The notes under the pieces: model-generated
The model's database searches: none
Told to the model about the DNA's origin: nothing
The model's input: the letters and a program-made list of their open reading frames with translations, nothing else
Made by a program: the position numbers and the translations under genes
Part shown: positions 20,018-30,027 of the stretch, one piece after another
Layout: each line of letters begins with the position of its first letter
Numbering within the stretch: the stretch's first letter is position 1
From: a bacterium
GTDB lineage: Bacteria > UBA8248 > JACPRG01 > G963555815
Reading direction: 5' to 3'
Assembly (NCBI GenBank): GCA_965218795.1
Contig: OZ244653.1
Coordinates: 1,088,001-1,152,000, forward strand
Length of the DNA: 64,000 bases

Positions 20018-22219
20018 ATGAGCGCAAAGAAACGGACAAAACGACAGGCGATGGACCCCGTCCTCTTCGAGGTGCTCAAGCACAAGCTGCTCTCGATCAC
20101 CTGGGAGCAGAGCAACACGCTGAAGAAGGTCTCGGGATCCCCCGTCGTGACCGAGGCGAACGATTTCAACACCGGCCTCTATCTCGGCGACGGCTCGATT
20201 GTCACCCTGGGACGGCAGATGATCTGGCAGACGGGCGCCATGGCGAACGTGATCCGGTCCGTCATCTCTGATTGCCGGGACAACCCCGGCATCGGCGACG
20301 GCGACATGTTCATCTGCAACGACCCCTACAAGGGCGCCCTGCACGGCTCCGATGTTTCTTTGGCCGCCCCTATTTTCTTCGAAGGGAGGCGGGTCGCCTG
20401 GGTCGGGACGGTCGCGCATCAAATCGACATGGGCGGGATGGACGTCGGCTCCTGGTGCCCGCAGGCCACCGACCGGGTGCAGGAATCCATGAACCTCCCG
20501 CCCCTCAAGCTGATTCAGGGCGGAGAGGTCCGGCAGGACGTCTGGAACACCGTGCTCAGCATGACCCGCCTACCCTTCCTGCTGGGGCTCGACCTCCGCG
20601 CCATGACCGCGGCCAACAATACCGCCAAGGCCCGGTTGACAGGACTCATGGAACGCTATGGATGCGAAGCGGTCCTCTCCGCCATGGAGGGGCTGATCCG
20701 CCTCTCCGCGAAAAGGCTGAAGAGCCGGCTGAAGCGCCTCCCGGACGGAATCTATCGCGCAGTGGATTTTCTGGACCACGACGGCCACGAAAACCGCGCC
20801 TATAAAGTCGATTTGAAGATGGAGAAACGGAGGGACCGGCTCATCTTCGATTTCAGCGGTTCGGCGGAACAGGCCCCCGGCTTCATCAATTGTACCCGGG
20901 CCGGACTGGTGGGGGCGGTTTGCACGGCGCTGTTCACGATTGTCTGCTACGACATCCCCTGGACCGAAGGGCTCATTGATTCCATCGAGGTTCGCGCGCC
21001 GGAGGGGAAGATCTGCAACGCCCGGCCGCCCGCGCCGGTCAGCATGGCCACATGCGGCGTCATGTATTCGGTGTGTACCGTCACCACGCTCGCCTTGTCC
21101 CGTATGATGGGGTCCGATCCCGCCCATCGGCGGCACCTTCAGGCGGTCACACGGGGGGCCATCTCCGTGTTCAACCTGGGAGGCATCAATCAATACGGCG
21201 AGCGATTCGGGACAATGCTCCTGGACTGCCTGGCCGGAGGAGGAGGAGCCTTCTCGTATAAAGACGGTTATCACGCCGCGGGCAGTCACGCCATCCCCGT
21301 CCCCAACATCGCCAACGTCGAGACGACGGAAAACGTAACGCCCATCCTCTATCTGTACCGGAGTCTGATTCGGGACACCGGGGGGCCGGGGCGGCAGCGC
21401 GGGGGGATCTCCTGCGGAATGGCGTTCACCCCCCACGACGTGGAACAGGTCTCCGGCGTTCTCGTCTCACACGGCACGGAAGTCCCCAACGCCCAGGGCC
21501 TGTTTGGAGGCCTTCCCGCCGCCTGCACGGCCAACCGAGTGATTCGCGGCACGGACGTGGACAAGTGGTTCAGTCGCTCCCGGCTTCCTGAAGACCTGCA
21601 ACGCCTGAAGGGAGACCGGGTCGATTTGGGGGCCAAGCCGGGCCGCGTCCTGCTCAATCGCAGCGACGTTTTCGAGTATACCTGGCAGGGTGGCGGGGGT
21701 TACGGTGATCCCCTCGACCGGGATCCGGACCGGGTGGCCCGGGACGTGCGGGACGGACTTGTCTCCCCGGAGGCCGCCCGCAAAATCTACGGCGTGTCTC
21801 TTGACCCCCGAACCGGCGGAGCCAATCCGGCCGCAACCCATAAGCTTCGTAACGGAATTCGGAGCCGGCGCCTGAAGCGTGACGCTTTTTTCGAGAATGC
21901 AAAAGGCGGGCGACAGGGGTCTTCGGAGAATGGAACCGAAGCGGGCTCCCTGGGTGAATTCATGCAGGTCGTCCGACGCGGCAAGCGGTCGGAGATCGTA
22001 TGCGCGTGCGGAACCTTTCTGGCTGAGGCCCGTATGGACTGGAAGGAAGGCGTCCGTGGGGTCAGGCTGTCTCCCGATGAGGCAGGCCCCCTGATCTCCA
22101 TCCATCGGGATCTGGAGATTCGCGCCTATTACTGTCCGGGCTGCGGTCGCCAGCACTCAATCGAGATTGCCGAGAAGGGCGCTCCCGTGCTCCGGGAGTA
22201 TGAGCCTCTGAATTCCTGA
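20018..22219 (+). CDS. Hydantoinase B/oxoprolinase with fused acetone carboxylase gamma-like C-terminal domain
   Basis: NDPYKGALHGSD, HQIDMGG, GGPGRQRGG, GGGGYGDPLDRD; tail IVCACG...DWKE...YYCPGCG. Confidence 0.92.
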   Translation: MSAKKRTKRQAMDPVLFEVLKHKLLSITWEQSNTLKKVSGSPVVTEANDFNTGLYLGDGSIVTLGRQMIWQTGAMANVIRSVISDCRDNPGIGDGDMFICNDPYKGALHGSDVSLAAPIFFEGRRVAWVGTVAHQIDMGGMDVGSWCPQATDRVQESMNLPPLKLIQGGEVRQDVWNTVLSMTRLPFLLGLDLRAMTAANNTAKARLTGLMERYGCEAVLSAMEGLIRLSAKRLKSRLKRLPDGIYRAVDFLDHDGHENRAYKVDLKMEKRRDRLIFDFSGSAEQAPGFINCTRAGLVGAVCTALFTIVCYDIPWTEGLIDSIEVRAPEGKICNARPPAPVSMATCGVMYSVCTVTTLALSRMMGSDPAHRRHLQAVTRGAISVFNLGGINQYGERFGTMLLDCLAGGGGAFSYKDGYHAAGSHAIPVPNIANVETTENVTPILYLYRSLIRDTGGPGRQRGGISCGMAFTPHDVEQVSGVLVSHGTEVPNAQGLFGGLPAACTANRVIRGTDVDKWFSRSRLPEDLQRLKGDRVDLGAKPGRVLLNRSDVFEYTWQGGGGYGDPLDRDPDRVARDVRDGLVSPEAARKIYGVSLDPRTGGANPAATHKLRNGIRSRRLKRDAFFENAKGGRQGSSENGTEAGSLGEFMQVVRRGKRSEIVCACGTFLAEARMDWKEGVRGVRLSPDEAGPLISIHRDLEIRAYYCPGCGRQHSIEIAEKGAPVLREYEPLNS

Positions 22220-22355
22220 CCGGACTGACAGTTTCTCCGACATGAGCGGGCGGAGCCGGTTCATGGCGCAGGCTTCGCGTCTTGTGTGAAAACCGGGACC
22301 TTCCGTCTGGAACACCTCCGGGCCGTTCAGCCACCCTGATTTCGAAAGTCGACAC

Positions 22356-24536
22356 ATGAATTCTGATGCCCCCTCCGGTCCCGGAGACCTGAATCGAAGC
22401 GAGGCGGTAGACTCGATTTACCCCCTCCTATGGCCGGAATCGGTGGCCCTGATCGGCGCGTCCGCAGATTCTTCCCGGATTGCGGGCAAGCCCCTCCACA
22501 ATCTCCGGCTTCATGGATTTCCAGGTCGGATCTATACAGTCAATCCGAAATACAAGGACATGAACGGGGTCCCCTGCTTTCCCCGCGTCGACGATCTGCC
22601 CGAGGGGGTCGATTGCGCCATCGTCCTCCTCGCCGCCGACAGGGTGATCCCGGTCTTGAAGGCCCTTTCCCTTCGGAAGGCGAAATCCGCTATCGTCGTC
22701 AGCGGCGGGTTTGCCGAAGGCGGACGGGAGGGTCGGATCCTCCAGGATGAGATGTCGGCCATCGCCGATCGAAGCGGCATGCGCATCCTCGGCCCGAACA
22801 CCCTCGGGGCGGTCAACTTCCACGGCCGGGCCGTCCTGTCGTTCTCGACCTCCTTCGAGGATGGAAACCTGTCCGCGGGGCCCGTGGGATTCATCTCTCA
22901 GAGCGGGGCCCTGCTTTCTTCTCTGTCCGACCGCGCGTCCGACTATGGCATGGGGCTCTCCCATGCGGTCGCCACGGGGAATGAGGCCGATCTGGACGTA
23001 TCGGAGTTCCTCGAGTTTCTCGCCCGGGACGAACATACCCGCGTGGTCATGGGCCTGGTGGAATCCGTTCGGGACGGGAGGAAATTTCTCCTGGCGCTGG
23101 AAAACCTTCGCCGGGCCGGAAAACCGGTTGTCCTCCTGAAGGTTGGAAAATCCGAGGCCGGACAAAAGGCCGCCCTGGCGCACACAGGGGCCTTGGCCGG
23201 GTCGTCCCGCGTTTTTGATGCGGCCTGCCGGCGGGCCGGAGTCCTCCAGGCCGACGACCTGGAAGAACTTCTTCAGACCGCCCACCTGATGTCCAGAGCA
23301 AAGCTGCCGAAGGGGCGGACCGTGGGCGTGATCACCACGTCGGGGGGCGCTGCCGCCATGCTTGCGGACACCGCCACCCGGCATGGGCTTTCCCTTCCCT
23401 CCCCTTCTCCGGCCGCAGCCTCCCGACTCAGGGATTCACTGCCTTCGTTCGCCCAACAGAGCCTGAACCCCGTCGATCTGACGGCGCAGCACCTCTCCCA
23501 ACCCGAGGTGTATCGGCAAACCGTGATGGAGTTTCTGAACGACGACGCATTCGGGTCCGTCGCCGTCATCATGGCGCCGGGCAGCGGCAAGTCCGGCGAA
23601 GAGCGCGCCGAGACGCTGGTGGAACTGGACCGGGAAGCGCGGAAACCGCTCGTCGCCTGCTGGATCGGAGGCGGGCAGTCCTCGCGGGGGCGGGACACCT
23701 GCAGGCGAAACGGCCTCCCGACCATGGAATTCCCGAACCATGCCGCAACGGCCCTGGCCCGGTTGGCTGATTACGCAGAGACGCGCGCGCGGTTCTCTCG
23801 TGATGACCGTCCCCCCGAGCATGTCCCCCTGGAGCCCGTTGAACCTCTGCCGGGATCAACCGCTCCGGCGCTTACGGAATATCAGAGCGAGCGCTGGCTC
23901 GCCGCCTGCGGGATCCCCGTCCTGGACGGCGAATTGGCTCAATCGGCAGGGGGAGCATTGGAGGCGGCTGAACGGTTGGGCTACCCGGTCGTCATGAAAG
24001 GCATGATGCCGGGAATCCTGCACAAGAACATCGCCGGTCTGGTGCGGTTGGGCATCGATAACGCCGAGTCTGTATTGGACTCCTATCAGGAACTGACCGC
24101 GGCCCTTGCCGCATTTGCCCAGGCAGCCGGAGAGGACATCTTGATTGAACCCATGGCGCCATCCGGCGTGGATCTTTTGATCGGGGCCCATATCGATCCG
24201 ACGTTCGGCCCCGTGGTCGTATTCGGCTGGGGCGGTGTACACGCGGAAATCCTGGACGAGACCTCCTTGCGGCTCGCTCCGATCTCCTCGACGGACGCTG
24301 CGGAAATGCTGGCCGAGGTGCGCGGCTTCCCGGCGATGGCCGAGGATGCCTTGGGAGACGGTGTAGAATGGAACGCGCTCAAGAACGTTCTGGTCCGGAT
24401 CAGCCACATCGCCGCCGGCATGCAGGATGAAATGGAAAGCATCGACCTCAATCCGATTCGGGTCATCCACAGAAACGGCGAATGCCGGGTTCTCGATGCG
24501 TCCGTTGTGCTCAAGGATCGGGGAAGCGCCGCGTGA
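22356..24536 (+). CDS. Acetate-CoA ligase (ADP-forming) family acyl-CoA synthetase, alpha-beta fusion
   Basis: SVALIGAS, GPNTLG, SQSG, AHTGALAG, NPVDL, C-terminal ATP-grasp (GYPVVMK, DPTFGPVV, DLNP). Confidence 0.92.
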   Translation: MNSDAPSGPGDLNRSEAVDSIYPLLWPESVALIGASADSSRIAGKPLHNLRLHGFPGRIYTVNPKYKDMNGVPCFPRVDDLPEGVDCAIVLLAADRVIPVLKALSLRKAKSAIVVSGGFAEGGREGRILQDEMSAIADRSGMRILGPNTLGAVNFHGRAVLSFSTSFEDGNLSAGPVGFISQSGALLSSLSDRASDYGMGLSHAVATGNEADLDVSEFLEFLARDEHTRVVMGLVESVRDGRKFLLALENLRRAGKPVVLLKVGKSEAGQKAALAHTGALAGSSRVFDAACRRAGVLQADDLEELLQTAHLMSRAKLPKGRTVGVITTSGGAAAMLADTATRHGLSLPSPSPAAASRLRDSLPSFAQQSLNPVDLTAQHLSQPEVYRQTVMEFLNDDAFGSVAVIMAPGSGKSGEERAETLVELDREARKPLVACWIGGGQSSRGRDTCRRNGLPTMEFPNHAATALARLADYAETRARFSRDDRPPEHVPLEPVEPLPGSTAPALTEYQSERWLAACGIPVLDGELAQSAGGALEAAERLGYPVVMKGMMPGILHKNIAGLVRLGIDNAESVLDSYQELTAALAAFAQAAGEDILIEPMAPSGVDLLIGAHIDPTFGPVVVFGWGGVHAEILDETSLRLAPISSTDAAEMLAEVRGFPAMAEDALGDGVEWNALKNVLVRISHIAAGMQDEMESIDLNPIRVIHRNGECRVLDASVVLKDRGSAA

Positions 24537-25693
24537 AGCCTGAAATGCCTGCCATCGCATCGGAACAAGAACTGAAGCTCCTCCGCGACACGGTCCGCTC
24601 CTTCGTCACCCGCGAGCTGCAACCCATCGAGCGGCTGGTGGATGAGCAGGACGCGATCCCGTCGGAGCATTACGAACGGTTGCGGGCCCAGGCTGTCGAG
24701 CTCGGCCTGCTGGGTCTGGCCTATCCCGTCGAATACGGAGGCAGCGGGCTTGGGGTGCTTGCCCAATGCGTGGTTCGCGAGGAGTTCGGCAAATCCAGTG
24801 ACGCGCTCCGTATCGCCTGCACCCAAGGCCCCAATAAGATGATCCTCGCCGGAACGGATGAGCAGAAAGACCGCTACCTCCGGCCCGCGGTCCGAGGCGA
24901 GTGCCTGATGGCCTTTGCCGTGACGGAGCCGGACGCCGGATCCGACGTCGCCTCCATGAGAACCCGGGCCGCCCCCGAGGACGGAGGGTTCATCCTCCAA
25001 GGCCGGAAACACTTTGTCACGAACGGGCCCATCGCCGATGCCGTCATTGTCTTCGCCGTCACGGATCCGGAGAAGCGCGCCAAAGGAGGCATCACAGCTT
25101 TTATTGTCGACAAGGGGACCCCTGGATTCTCGGTGGGCCGGATCCATAAGAAGCTTGGGTGGAGGGGTTCCCCGACCAGCGAGTTGATTTTCGAGAACTG
25201 CCGGCTCCCGGTCGAACAGGTCCTTGGGGAGATCGGCCAGGGATTCCGGATCGTCATGGGCTTCCTCGATGAACAGCGCCTGGCCGTCGGGGCGGGATGC
25301 GTTGGAACGGCCGAGCGTCTGCTTGGCATGGCCACCGACTACGCCCGCGAGCGCGTTACGTTCGGAAAGCCCATCGGGGAACGCCAGGCGATTCAGTTCA
25401 TGCTGGCGGATTCCGCCATGGAGATTCAGGCCGGACGGCTGATGGTTTCTGACGGCGCCCGGCGGCTGGATCGCGGAGAGCGCGTCACACGGGAGGCGGC
25501 CATCGCCAAGGTCTTCTGCTCCGAGTTGGCCGGAAAGGTGGCCGACCGGACGCTACAGATTTTCGGCGGAATGGGGTATATGAAAGACCTGCCCATTGAG
25601 CTGATGTACCGGGATCTGCGGAACCATCGGATTGCCGAGGGAACATCGGAGATTCTCCGCATGGTCATCGCGCGAGACCTGCTGAGGAGCTAG
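24533..25693 (+). CDS. Acyl-CoA dehydrogenase
   Basis: FAVTEPDAGSD, GRKHFVTNG, FGKPI, QIFGGMGY, RIAEGTSEI; GTG start overlaps the upstream stop (alternative ATG at 24545). Confidence 0.94.
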   Translation: MKPEMPAIASEQELKLLRDTVRSFVTRELQPIERLVDEQDAIPSEHYERLRAQAVELGLLGLAYPVEYGGSGLGVLAQCVVREEFGKSSDALRIACTQGPNKMILAGTDEQKDRYLRPAVRGECLMAFAVTEPDAGSDVASMRTRAAPEDGGFILQGRKHFVTNGPIADAVIVFAVTDPEKRAKGGITAFIVDKGTPGFSVGRIHKKLGWRGSPTSELIFENCRLPVEQVLGEIGQGFRIVMGFLDEQRLAVGAGCVGTAERLLGMATDYARERVTFGKPIGERQAIQFMLADSAMEIQAGRLMVSDGARRLDRGERVTREAAIAKVFCSELAGKVADRTLQIFGGMGYMKDLPIELMYRDLRNHRIAEGTSEILRMVIARDLLRS

Positions 25694-25720
25694 TCCCGAC
25701 CGGCCGAGGAACATTCACTG

Positions 25721-26952
25721 ATGAAGAATGGATTTTCAGACGCCTGCGCCATCGCCGGCATTGGAGAAACGGAAATCGGGAAGTTGCCCGACCGCACCAG
25801 CCTCTCCCTTCATATAGAGGCTGCGGTGGCGGCCATCCGGGACGCCGGCCTCGAGCGCAACGATGTGGACGGGCTCCTCGCGATGCCGCCTTACGACGAT
25901 CCGGCGTTCATGTTCTGCATCCAGGTCTCAGAAGGCATATAGAGGCTGCGGTGGCGGCCATCCGGGACGCCGGCCTCGAGCGCAACGATGTGGACGGGCT
26001 CGTCTCAGAAGGCCTCGGCCTGCGCTCTCATTTCTCTTCCGACTTGAACCTCGGAGGGGCCACACCGGTCGTGATGGTACTCCACGCGGCAGCGGCGATT
26101 GCCTCGGGATTGGCCGATGTGATCGTCTGCACCTGCGGCGAGGCCCGCCTCTCGGGCCGAGGCCGCCCCAAGCACGGGCGCCGAAACTGGGGGTACGAGA
26201 ACTTTGAGAATCCGTTCGGCCGAATCGGGCCCGTCACCAATTACGCCATGGCGGCGCGCCGGCACATGCACGAATACGGGACGACGAGCGCTCAGCTCGG
26301 AGCGATTGCCGTGACAATGCGAAACCACGCCCTGTTGAACGAAGGGGCGCAGATGAAAAAGCCCATGATGCTGGAAGACCATCAGAACTCCCGGTACATT
26401 GCCGAGCCGTTCCGCCTCCTGGACTGCTGCCTGAACTCGGACGGCGCCGCCGCGGTGGTCGTCACAAGCGCCGAGCGCGCCCGGGACCTCCCCCATCCTT
26501 CCGCCCTGGTGGTTGGGGGAACCCAGTGCCACACGCACAAGAACTTTTTCGAGGCCCCGGCTCCCGCACAATCCGGAGAGGAAGAGGCGGCCCATTCGCT
26601 GTATGAACAATACGACCTGACTCCGGACCGGTTCGACTTTGCCGAGCTCTATGACTGCTTTACCTTCACCGTCCTGGCCCAACTGGAAGCCTACGGCTTT
26701 TGCGGAGCGGGCGAAGGTGGAACATTCGTCGAGGACGGCCACATCGCGCTGGGAGGGCAAATCCCGGTCAATACGCACGGCGGCCTGCTCTCGCACGGGT
26801 ACATCGACGGCATGACGCACATCACCGAAGCCGTCAAGCAAATCCGGGGGGACGGCGGTCCGCGTCAGGCCGGGAAGGCCGAATGGGGTCTGGTCACCGG
26901 CAACGGCGGGGATTTGGCCACTCACGCCAACATGGTCTTGAGGAGAGGATGA
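25721..26952 (+). pseudogene. SCP2-type thiolase family protein (Ltp2-like aldolase) split by a 77-bp templated insertion
   Basis: AIAGIGET, CCLNSDGAAAVVV, ELYDCF, VNTHGGLLSHGY. Deleting 25937-26013 restores a 384-aa frame. Confidence 0.88.
25812..26013 (+). repeat. 65-bp direct repeat (25812-25876 / 25937-26001) plus 12-bp duplication gtctcagaaggc (25925-25936 / 26002-26013)
   Basis: Exact repeats read directly from the sequence. Confidence 0.92.
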
Positions 26953-27417
26953 ATGCCCGAGACGGCTTACGAGAAACACCTGCCTATCGTGGACGGCGAC
27001 TCCGAGGGGTTCTGGGAAGGATGCCGGACCGGAGAGCTGCGTCTGCAATGCTGCCTCTCCTGCGGATCCTACCGTTACGCGCCAAAGCGGCTCTGCCCTT
27101 CCTGTTGGTCGGCCGAATTCGAATGGCGCGCCGTCAGCGGCCGGGGCGAAGTCTACACCTTCACGGTCGAGCATCACGCCTACCACCCCTCGTGGAAGGA
27201 GGATGTGCCATACGTCATCGCCGTCATTCAGCTCGAAGAGGGTCCGCGGATGACCAGCCGCATCGTCGGGTGCGGGCCCGAAGACGTTCGTGTGGGTCTT
27301 CCGGTTCAGGTGATCTTCGACAAGGCAACCGAGGAAATATCGCTGCCCCTTTTCGAGCCCTCCGGTGAAGGGGGCGGATTGCGGGTATCCACCCGAACGA
27401 TGGGGAGCCGTTCATGA
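26953..27417 (+). CDS. Zn-ribbon/OB-fold (DUF35, ChsH2-like) thiolase partner
   Basis: FWEGC..GEL.LQCC.SCG...CPSC, SGRGEVYTFT, PYVIAVIQLEEGPR. Confidence 0.92.
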   Translation: MPETAYEKHLPIVDGDSEGFWEGCRTGELRLQCCLSCGSYRYAPKRLCPSCWSAEFEWRAVSGRGEVYTFTVEHHAYHPSWKEDVPYVIAVIQLEEGPRMTSRIVGCGPEDVRVGLPVQVIFDKATEEISLPLFEPSGEGGGLRVSTRTMGSRS

Positions 27418-28352
27418 CGATCGACATCCATGCGCATCAATATCCCGATATCTTTCGAAACGAGTTCAAGCGCCTCGTCGAGAAGGGGATCATGCCGCCC
27501 CCGGAGTACAGCCTCGAACCCTGGGACGTCGATGCGCACCTGGTCCTCAATGACGCGCACGGGATCGACTTTCAGGTCCTCTCCATCACATTGCAGACCC
27601 TCCCTCCCGACCCGGCGGCGGGACGCGACTTGGCGCAGGCCGGCAACGACGGGCTTGCCGAGGTCTGCCGTCGCCACCCGGATCGCTTCACCGGCTTCGC
27701 CTCTCTCCCTCTCCTTGATGTCGAGGCCTCCGTGCAGGAACTGCGCCGCGCGGTGAACGATTTGGAGATGAAAGGGGTGATTCTTGGAACGAACGTGCGG
27801 GGGCGCGCGCTCGACGAAGAGGAATTTTTGCCCCTATGGGAGGAGATCGAGCGGTTGAGGCTTCCCATCCTGCTCCATCCGCTCGATCCGGGCGGACCTC
27901 CTCAGGCCTATGTTCACCGGCTCGAGCTCTGGGTCGGGTGGCCGGTGGATACCGCCTATGCCGCCGCGCGACTGATCATGAACGGCATTCTGGACCGGTT
28001 TCCGGACCTGACCATCATCCTGTCCCACCTGGGCGGCGCGACTCATTACCTTCTGGAGCGGATTTGCGAGGGCGTTCGGCGCTCCAAAGCCGAGCGTCCG
28101 GGCATGGACTACTACCGGGAGATGTATCACGACACGGCCGGGCCCGTTTCCTCCTCGGCGGTCCTGTGCGCGCACGATCTCTTCGGCGCGGAGCGAATCG
28201 TCTACGGAACGGATTATCCCTTCGGAGCCGGCCAGGGGAAGGATTTCATTGAGCGGGCCTTTGCTTGCGTACGGGATCTCTCCCTGCCCGGCGAAGAGGA
28301 ACAAGCCATTTTCGAGATGAATGCGCGAAAGATTCTCGGTTTGACGAATTAA
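27414..28352 (+). CDS. Amidohydrolase_2 family protein (ACMSD-like decarboxylase/hydrolase)
   Basis: IDIHAH, LLHP, SHLGG, YGTDYPF. Confidence 0.9.
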   Translation: MTIDIHAHQYPDIFRNEFKRLVEKGIMPPPEYSLEPWDVDAHLVLNDAHGIDFQVLSITLQTLPPDPAAGRDLAQAGNDGLAEVCRRHPDRFTGFASLPLLDVEASVQELRRAVNDLEMKGVILGTNVRGRALDEEEFLPLWEEIERLRLPILLHPLDPGGPPQAYVHRLELWVGWPVDTAYAAARLIMNGILDRFPDLTIILSHLGGATHYLLERICEGVRRSKAERPGMDYYREMYHDTAGPVSSSAVLCAHDLFGAERIVYGTDYPFGAGQGKDFIERAFACVRDLSLPGEEEQAIFEMNARKILGLTN

Positions 28353-28397
28353 AGCAATCCGTCCCATCGGACGCGTTTTTCAACGGGAGGTAGTTTT

Positions 28398-29762
28398 ATG
28401 CCATTCGACGATCCCCGCGACTTTCTCGAATACCTGGAGGAACGGAAGGAGATCCTTCGCATCCGGGACGAGGTGGACCCGAAGTTCGAAGTCGGCGCCT
28501 ACATTCGAAAGACCTCTGACCAGCAGGGCCCCGCCCTCCTGTTTGAAAACGTCAAAGGCCACGACATGCGGATGGTGGGAGGGATCTTCGCCACCCGCCA
28601 GCGCATCCTCATGGCCCTCGAGACGGATTCCAATGAGGTCTACGATCGCGTATACGGGGGGATTTCCCAGGCGATCCCGCCCCGTCTGGTCGATACGGGT
28701 CCCTGCAAAGAGGTGATCTATAAGGGAGACGAGGTGGACATCACCCATCTTCCTATTCCCGTCTATGCCGAAAAGGACGGCGGAGCCTTCATCACCCACG
28801 GGGTCGTGATCAGCAAAGACCCGGAGACGGGTACCGGCAACGCATCGATCTACCGGCTTCAGTTGCGCGGAAAGGATGAGCTCGGCCTCTATGTTGCCGA
28901 CTACCAGGACATGATGCGGCATTACCTCAAGGCGGAGTCCAAGGGGGAACCACTCGACGTTGCCATCGCCCTGGGGTGCGACCCCGTGGTGATGCTGGCC
29001 ACTCAGGTCGACGCGGCCTACGGCGAGGATGAAATCGCCATCGCCGGCGGTTTGAACGGAAAACCCGTCGATGTGGTCCAGTGCGAAACCGTGGACCTGA
29101 CGGTTCCCGCCACCACCGAGATCGTCATAGAGGGAAAGGCGCTGCCGACACGACGTGAATGGGAGGGGCCGTTCGGGGAGTACAGCGGGTACTACGGTCC
29201 GGCCGATGAACGGCCGGTCATCCAGGTCACCGCTGTGACCCACCGCAACAACCCGCTCTACCACGCCGGTCTGACGGGGATGCCGATGACCGAAAACCAC
29301 TTTCTCAAACAGATCCCGAACGAAATTACACTGTACCGGGATCTGAAATCGAAGTTCGCCGGGGTGAAGGCGGTCAATTTCACGCCGGCGGGATGTTGTG
29401 AGTTCATGGTTTTCATCAGCATGAAGCAGGTCTACCCGGGCGAGGCCAAAAAGGTCCTGATGGCCTCCCTCGGCAGCAAGAAGCTCCCCAAATATGTCGT
29501 CGTGTGCGACGAAGACATCGACGTCCACGACCACACCCAGGTGCTCTGGGCCATATCGACCCGGGCCAGTCCGGCCAAGGACATGATGGTCGTACCCGTA
29601 CCGACCGCCGCTCTGGACCCGACACTGCCGGAAGGCGAGGTGGGATCCGCCCTGGGAATTGACGCCACCCGGCCCGTCGACGAACCTTTCCCCGACGTTC
29701 CTGAACACCCGGGACTCGACCGCGTCCCGGACCTTCGGGCGATGGTCAACGAAGGGGCTTGA
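28398..29762 (+). CDS. UbiD family prFMN-dependent decarboxylase
   Basis: GPALLFENVKG, SIYRLQ, EIVIEG, EGPFGEYSGYY, VCDEDIDV, GIDAT. Confidence 0.93.
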   Translation: MPFDDPRDFLEYLEERKEILRIRDEVDPKFEVGAYIRKTSDQQGPALLFENVKGHDMRMVGGIFATRQRILMALETDSNEVYDRVYGGISQAIPPRLVDTGPCKEVIYKGDEVDITHLPIPVYAEKDGGAFITHGVVISKDPETGTGNASIYRLQLRGKDELGLYVADYQDMMRHYLKAESKGEPLDVAIALGCDPVVMLATQVDAAYGEDEIAIAGGLNGKPVDVVQCETVDLTVPATTEIVIEGKALPTRREWEGPFGEYSGYYGPADERPVIQVTAVTHRNNPLYHAGLTGMPMTENHFLKQIPNEITLYRDLKSKFAGVKAVNFTPAGCCEFMVFISMKQVYPGEAKKVLMASLGSKKLPKYVVVCDEDIDVHDHTQVLWAISTRASPAKDMMVVPVPTAALDPTLPEGEVGSALGIDATRPVDEPFPDVPEHPGLDRVPDLRAMVNEGA

Positions 29763-30027
29763 AAAGAGAGGGGATTTCTGGATTCAGGCGCGGAAGGGCC
29801 CTGCGCCCTGCTCCCCTGAGACGGGTCGAGTGTGAGCGTGTGGCGGCGGCATGGCCACCGGGTCCAGCCTCGAGGAAGAAAACGCTTGCCGCACTCGGGA
29901 GGGTGTCTCGCTGGAGGAATCAAGGCTGAAATCGTTGCGGACAGAGCCTGCCCCACTCCCCTGCGGTTTGCCGCATCGGGGACTTGAAGCAAGAATGGGG
30001 GACCGCCTGGAGGGGCGAGGAGGAAGG

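Noticed and set aside
25812-26013. Direct repeats as a CRISPR array or IS target duplication
   Set aside because: Only two copies of coding sequence, with no unique spacers, cas genes or transposase.
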